64,000 bases of DNA, from NCBI RefSeq assembly GCF_006345805.1, contig NC_042998.1:87296001-87360000 (forward strand). The letters are read 5' to 3'. Within the stretch, counting starts at the first letter, position 1; the number at the start of each line of letters is the position of its first letter. Origin of the DNA: Octopus sinensis (taxonomy: Eukaryota). Below, piece by piece: positions 59,845 through 64,000 of the stretch. Made by a program: the position numbers and the translations under genes. Under the pieces are notes generated by a model. It did not search any database. It was not told where the DNA came from and was given only the letters and a program-made list of their open reading frames with translations.

Positions 59845-62800
59845 TCACAGGCGAAACCTGAGAACTGGTCCATTTTCGCACAATTCACCCACCTGGTCCA
59901 GTCTCGCACAATTCACCCACCTTTCATAAAACTTGCTGTCGGACAGCACTTTCCTCTCTAACCTCATCTTCCTTTTCAAGTGAAACTTGAAAAAGTTGAT
60001 GAGGCCTTGACCAAAGAGGAAAGTGTCTGACTTTAGCCCTTTCAAACGAGTCCACCACACGACTTCTTTCTCCACAGCCACAAGGCACAAGAAAACGGCC
60101 TCGCCCTCCTTGTTAAAGGAGGTCGGCGGGGCAATCTTCACTATGGATTCGGCCGATAGTCGGATCCGTCCTACACGTGACAGTAGCTGTTCGACATAAA
60201 CCCATATTTCAGCAATACTCGGGCACTGGACGAGTGCGTGCAGAACGGTTTCGTCGTCCTGGCAACACCTCGGGCAGGCCCGGCTGACGGCACTTCCGTG
60301 CCGGTAGAGTTTATCTCGAACAGGCAGAGCCCCTCGGTGGCACTGCCAGGCGAGAGACCTCTGGAAATTATCCATCGGCCCCGGCCCGAAAGTCCTCCCG
60401 AACAGACCGCTCAGTTCGTCGTCTTCAACGCCTAGAGTTTCCCCGAGAACGTCGTCGCATTTTTCCTCCACTAACCCTCTATAGAACGCTAGAGTGGAGC
60501 TGTAACCGACCGCATTGCCCGCCTGGTGGAGGGCGGAGAGGGCTTGACGGCACTCGAGGTGCCAAGCGCCCTTTCTCGGTCTACGTTTGATCCAGGTCTG
60601 CAGCTCCGTCAAAGAGACGAGCTGCGGAAAATCGCGTCTGACAAAAGACGACCACACCTGTTCACCGTCTAGGAAGCGCTTGAGATGCCGCAGCCTGAGC
60701 GCATGTCTGCGCAACAGCAACCACGGCATTCCAAGGCCTCCGTTCAGCGGTCGTTGACAGCAGATGGATCGCCTGACCAGTGGCACCTGACCCTTCCACA
60801 AAAAGTCGAAGAGCAGGCGTACCAGCTTGGCCAACCAGCGGTCGGGACAAGGGACGACGGTCAAGCGGTAATAGATGACGGATGCGATGTACGCATTCGC
60901 CACCTCCGCTCGACCTTTCAGGGACAGCTTCCTCTCGGCCCATTTCTGGGTGAGACGTGCCACCCTGCTCGTCACCTCTTCCCAGTTCTTATCCACCTGG
61001 AGGTCCGGACCGAACCAGACCCCGAGCAGTTTAACGGGTCCGTCTGTCCAGCGCCCTACGACGCTGTTGGACGGCATGGGCTTGCCTCTCCAGGTGCCCA
61101 GTTGCAAGCCCACAGACTTTTCCGCGTTAATCTTTGCCCCTGTCACCGCTTCGTACTGGTTTAGCGTCTCGCCAATCAGGCCAATGTGCCTGTGGCTCGA
61201 CACCACCACGGTGACGTCGTCGGCAAAAGAGACACGCTGTTTCCGCCTCCTAGATCGCGCGGGATGCCCCTCAAAGCCTCCAACTTGCGCAGTAATGGCT
61301 CGAGAGTCAAAATGTACAAGAGGGAGGAGAGAGGGCATCCTTGGCGGACCGAACGCGAGATGTCGAACGGTTCCGAAAGGTGACCGTTCACCCGTATCAC
61401 CGAGCAGATGTTGCTGTATAAAGCAGCGATCCACCCGCGGAAGACTGGACCGAAGCCGGCTGCCTTGAGGACAGCTGCCAGGTACCGATGGTCGACCCTA
61501 TCGAAGGCTTTACTCTGATCCAAGTTGATCAAAGCCCCACCCGCGCCAGCGTCGTTACCCACCCTCTCTATGATGTAGCGCATGAGATGGAGGTTGTCGT
61601 GTATCGACCTGGTCGGCACGGCGCATGTCTGCGTCTCGCCGACCAGCTTGTCCACGACAAGCGCCAATCTCTTGGCTAGCACCTTGGCCAAAATCTTCAA
61701 CTCTGCATTGAGCAGAGTGATGGGCCGGAAATTCCCTATAACGTCCCCCTTGTTTGGGTCCTTCTTTAGCAAAGCCACCACCCCTCGACAGACAAAAGCA
61801 GGAATTCTCCCGTTTTGCTGCCAGTTGCAGTAGACGTTTGCCAACAGGTCCGCAAACAAGTCTGGCATTGAAAAGTAAAGCTCGTAGGGCAGACCATCCA
61901 AACCCGGCGATCTACCTCTCGTGCAACTCTTCATCGCTTCCTGTACTTCCCAGGCAGATATCGGTCCTTCGCAGCACTCTGCCTCGCTGTCCGAGAGTTG
62001 CGGCAGTCCGTCCAGGTACACACCGAAGTCTGTACCGTTGGAGTCCGTTCCACCGCTCGTCCCAAACAGTTGAGCAAAGTGCCGCTGAAGCACCGTACAC
62101 ATCTGCTTCGGTTGGGTAACCTCGCGCCCGTTCTGGTCCACCAAAGACCGAATGGTTGCTCTGTTGCCTCGCTTCGCCTCCGCCACGCGGGCCCATCGAG
62201 CGGCTCTAGTCCCCTCCCCGCTTAGCGAACGTGCCTTAGCTCTGACAACGCAGCCTTCGTGTTTGGCGTCGAAGTGTTGGTCGAGGGCCAACCTTGCCGC
62301 CAACACGTTCGGTCGCGATGCCAGTGTCAAGAGCCTCGTCTAGTTTCTTAACTAAATCCCGCTCTCTCTTCCTACGTTCAATAGCTAGAGTCTTACTATA
62401 CCTAATCGACTCTACTCTAATTGCTCTCTTGAGGGCAAACCACCAGTTGTTGTTGATGATTGCCCCCGTGAGCGCCCGCTTAACTAGTAAACTAATCCGG
62501 TCTCTGTAAGCTTTGCACGCCGTTAACGACGCGTTCAGCTTCCAGTAGCCGGGTCCCTGTCTATGTAGCCTATCTAAGTCGACCGTACAGATCACTAATT
62601 TGTGGTCCGTATATTCGACTAGGTGGAATTGTGGACACCCTACGCTGTCCTTATCCGCTGGCCTACAAAACACTCTATCTAAGTACGATCTAGACGACCC
62701 GATGCGGTTTGTCCAAGTCCACATTGGCACATTCGGGTTGTCTAGTCGAAACCTGTCGGACAGCTGAAAGCGGCCGAGTAGGTTGGCGAGGCTCTTGCAC

Positions 62801-63296
62801 CCTCCCCCTCTCCTATCAGACGCTCCCCTGCCCACCCGATCGAAACGTTCGTCTAAGACAGCGTTCCAATCCCCAACTAGTACTAGAGTGCGTGACGTTC
62901 CCAGGAAAACTTCCAGACGTTTGAAATAATCCGACTGCCCTGCTCCTGTCGGAGCGTAGGCAGCCAGCAGTCTGAAAGCACCGCCGTCACTACCGTCCAC
63001 GTCGAGGACCACCAACTTACCTTCCGGATCCAAGAAGACTGTCCTTATTTTCAGGTCCAGGCCCTTCCGAAACAACACCGCAGTACCACCACCGCCGCCC
63101 CTCCCGGCCGACACGGAGATAGAAATATCTCGTATCCGCCGAAAAGGGCTGCGAGTTCCTGCGGGTCGGAGAGCCTGGTTTCACTGATGGCTGCTACATC
63201 CACATCATGAAACCTCAGGTCGTTTAACAGGTGACCCTGTTTCCAAGGTGACCCGAGGCCTCTCACATTCACGCAACCGATTCTAAGATTTGCCAT
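59845..63296 (-). pseudogene. Tx1-type ORF2: APE endonuclease, RT and C-terminal CCHC; three frameshifts (~63100, ~62310, ~61225)
   Basis: IGCVNVRGL, AAISET, AAYAP, LVGDWN, SYLDRVF, TDHKLV, GYWKLN, SPGLDGLP, FRPITLLN, DQSKAFDRV, VRQGCPLS, FADD, CPRCCQDDETVLHALVQC. Confidence 0.93.
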
Positions 63297-63337
63297 GTTT
63301 CAAAAATTAGGGAAAAAAAAAGAGGAGAAAAAAGGCT

Positions 63338-64000
63338 CTACTTACTGTTGTTGGTGGTGGGGGTGGCTCCCTTGTGCTTTTGCACGGGTGCTTCAATAAT
63401 ATTTTTGTAAAGTTTCTGAGAGAAACTTTTCCCTAACGATCCCACATCGTTAGGGAATATTTGTTTTATTTCGTTGTAAACTGTTTTGTTTATTTTAATT
63501 GTGAGAATGTGTGCTGGTGGTGTGTTGTGTGTAGGTATTATGAAATCTGTAATGTTTGTGCTTGTTTTGTTTTTCAAATACTCAACCAGTTCCTGGTTTC
63601 TTGTATTCACTGCTGTAATCGTGTCTGTAATTGTGTCTGTGTTTGTTTGTGTCTGTGGTAGTGGCAGTAGTGGTGTCGAAAGTGTTGTTGTTGTTGTTTG
63701 TTGTTGTGAGTGTGTGTTGTTGTTGTTGATGTTGGGAAGTACTGTTTGTTCGTGCTTCCCCTGTAAATCTTTTTGTTTTTTCCTCCTTTTCTTTTTTGGA
63801 GGTACTATGTTCCATTCTCCTTTGTTGGAATCGGAGCTCGCACAATCCGAGATCTCTTCATCCGGCAAAGGAATGGTTGAGGGGTCTGCTTCAGTAGCAG
63901 GACGAAAAGTTTCTGGTTCCACCGGTATCGGTGGTGCCGCTGCTCCTGTTACTGTTGATGTCGCTGCTGTCGACCTTCGAGGTACTGGTGTCGGTGTTGG
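63338..64000 (-). CDS. Tx1-type ORF1, C-terminal part (open to window edge)
   Basis: Open frame PTPTPVPRRS...VEPETF...PPKKKRRKKQK...NNSK*, ending 41 nt before the ORF2 ATG; low-complexity with a basic NLS-like run. Confidence 0.7.
   Translation of the reverse strand, partial: PTPTPVPRRSTAATSTVTGAAAPPIPVEPETFRPATEADPSTIPLPDEEISDCASSDSNKGEWNIVPPKKKRRKKQKDLQGKHEQTVLPNINNNNTHSQQQTTTTTLSTPLLPLPQTQTNTDTITDTITAVNTRNQELVEYLKNKTSTNITDFIIPTHNTPPAHILTIKINKTVYNEIKQIFPNDVGSLGKSFSQKLYKNIIEAPVQKHKGATPTTNNSK

Larger units (their letters stand above)
59540..64000 (-). mobile_element. Tx1/L1-clade non-LTR retrotransposon, 5' end beyond the window
   Basis: ORF1 tail, ORF2, T-rich 3' UTR, AATAAA at 59577-59572 and (TTA)n tail at 59562-59540; GC content is much higher than the flanks. 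Confidence 0.93.

Overview
AT-rich, microsatellite- and retroelement-dense animal genomic DNA. The repeat families look like those of an octopus/cephalopod genome, which is an inference from recalled repeat sequences. The only host coding exon I recognise is a 79-bp exon of a KCNQ1-like voltage-gated K+ channel (3102-3180, +, S3 to start of S4); the rest looks like one very large intron. Main elements: (1) a near-intact RTE-clade LINE (ORF 22832-25948, two frameshifts, PHD-type finger inside the RT) with a modular hairpin-rich 3' UTR and (GAT)n tail. It is fused at its 5' end to an ~11-kb tandem array of 15 and a bit ~720-bp monomers that resemble the single-copy 5' UTR of an older relative at 37.3-38.1 kb, and the whole ~15.7-kb unit sits in a (TA)n tract. 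(2) A Tx1/L1-clade LINE running off the right edge. (3) Several RLE-type (R4/Dong-like) LINE fragments sitting in (TAA)n or (TACA)n repeats. (4) Four degenerate minimal type I hammerhead-ribozyme motifs in three repeat types, including an inverted-repeat pair and a tRNA-headed, inverted-repeat-flanked element. (5) Many tRNA-derived SINEs, RTE 3'-tail copies, a Penelope-like remnant and a possible Helitron remnant. Boundaries of degraded repeats are approximate and were read by eye.
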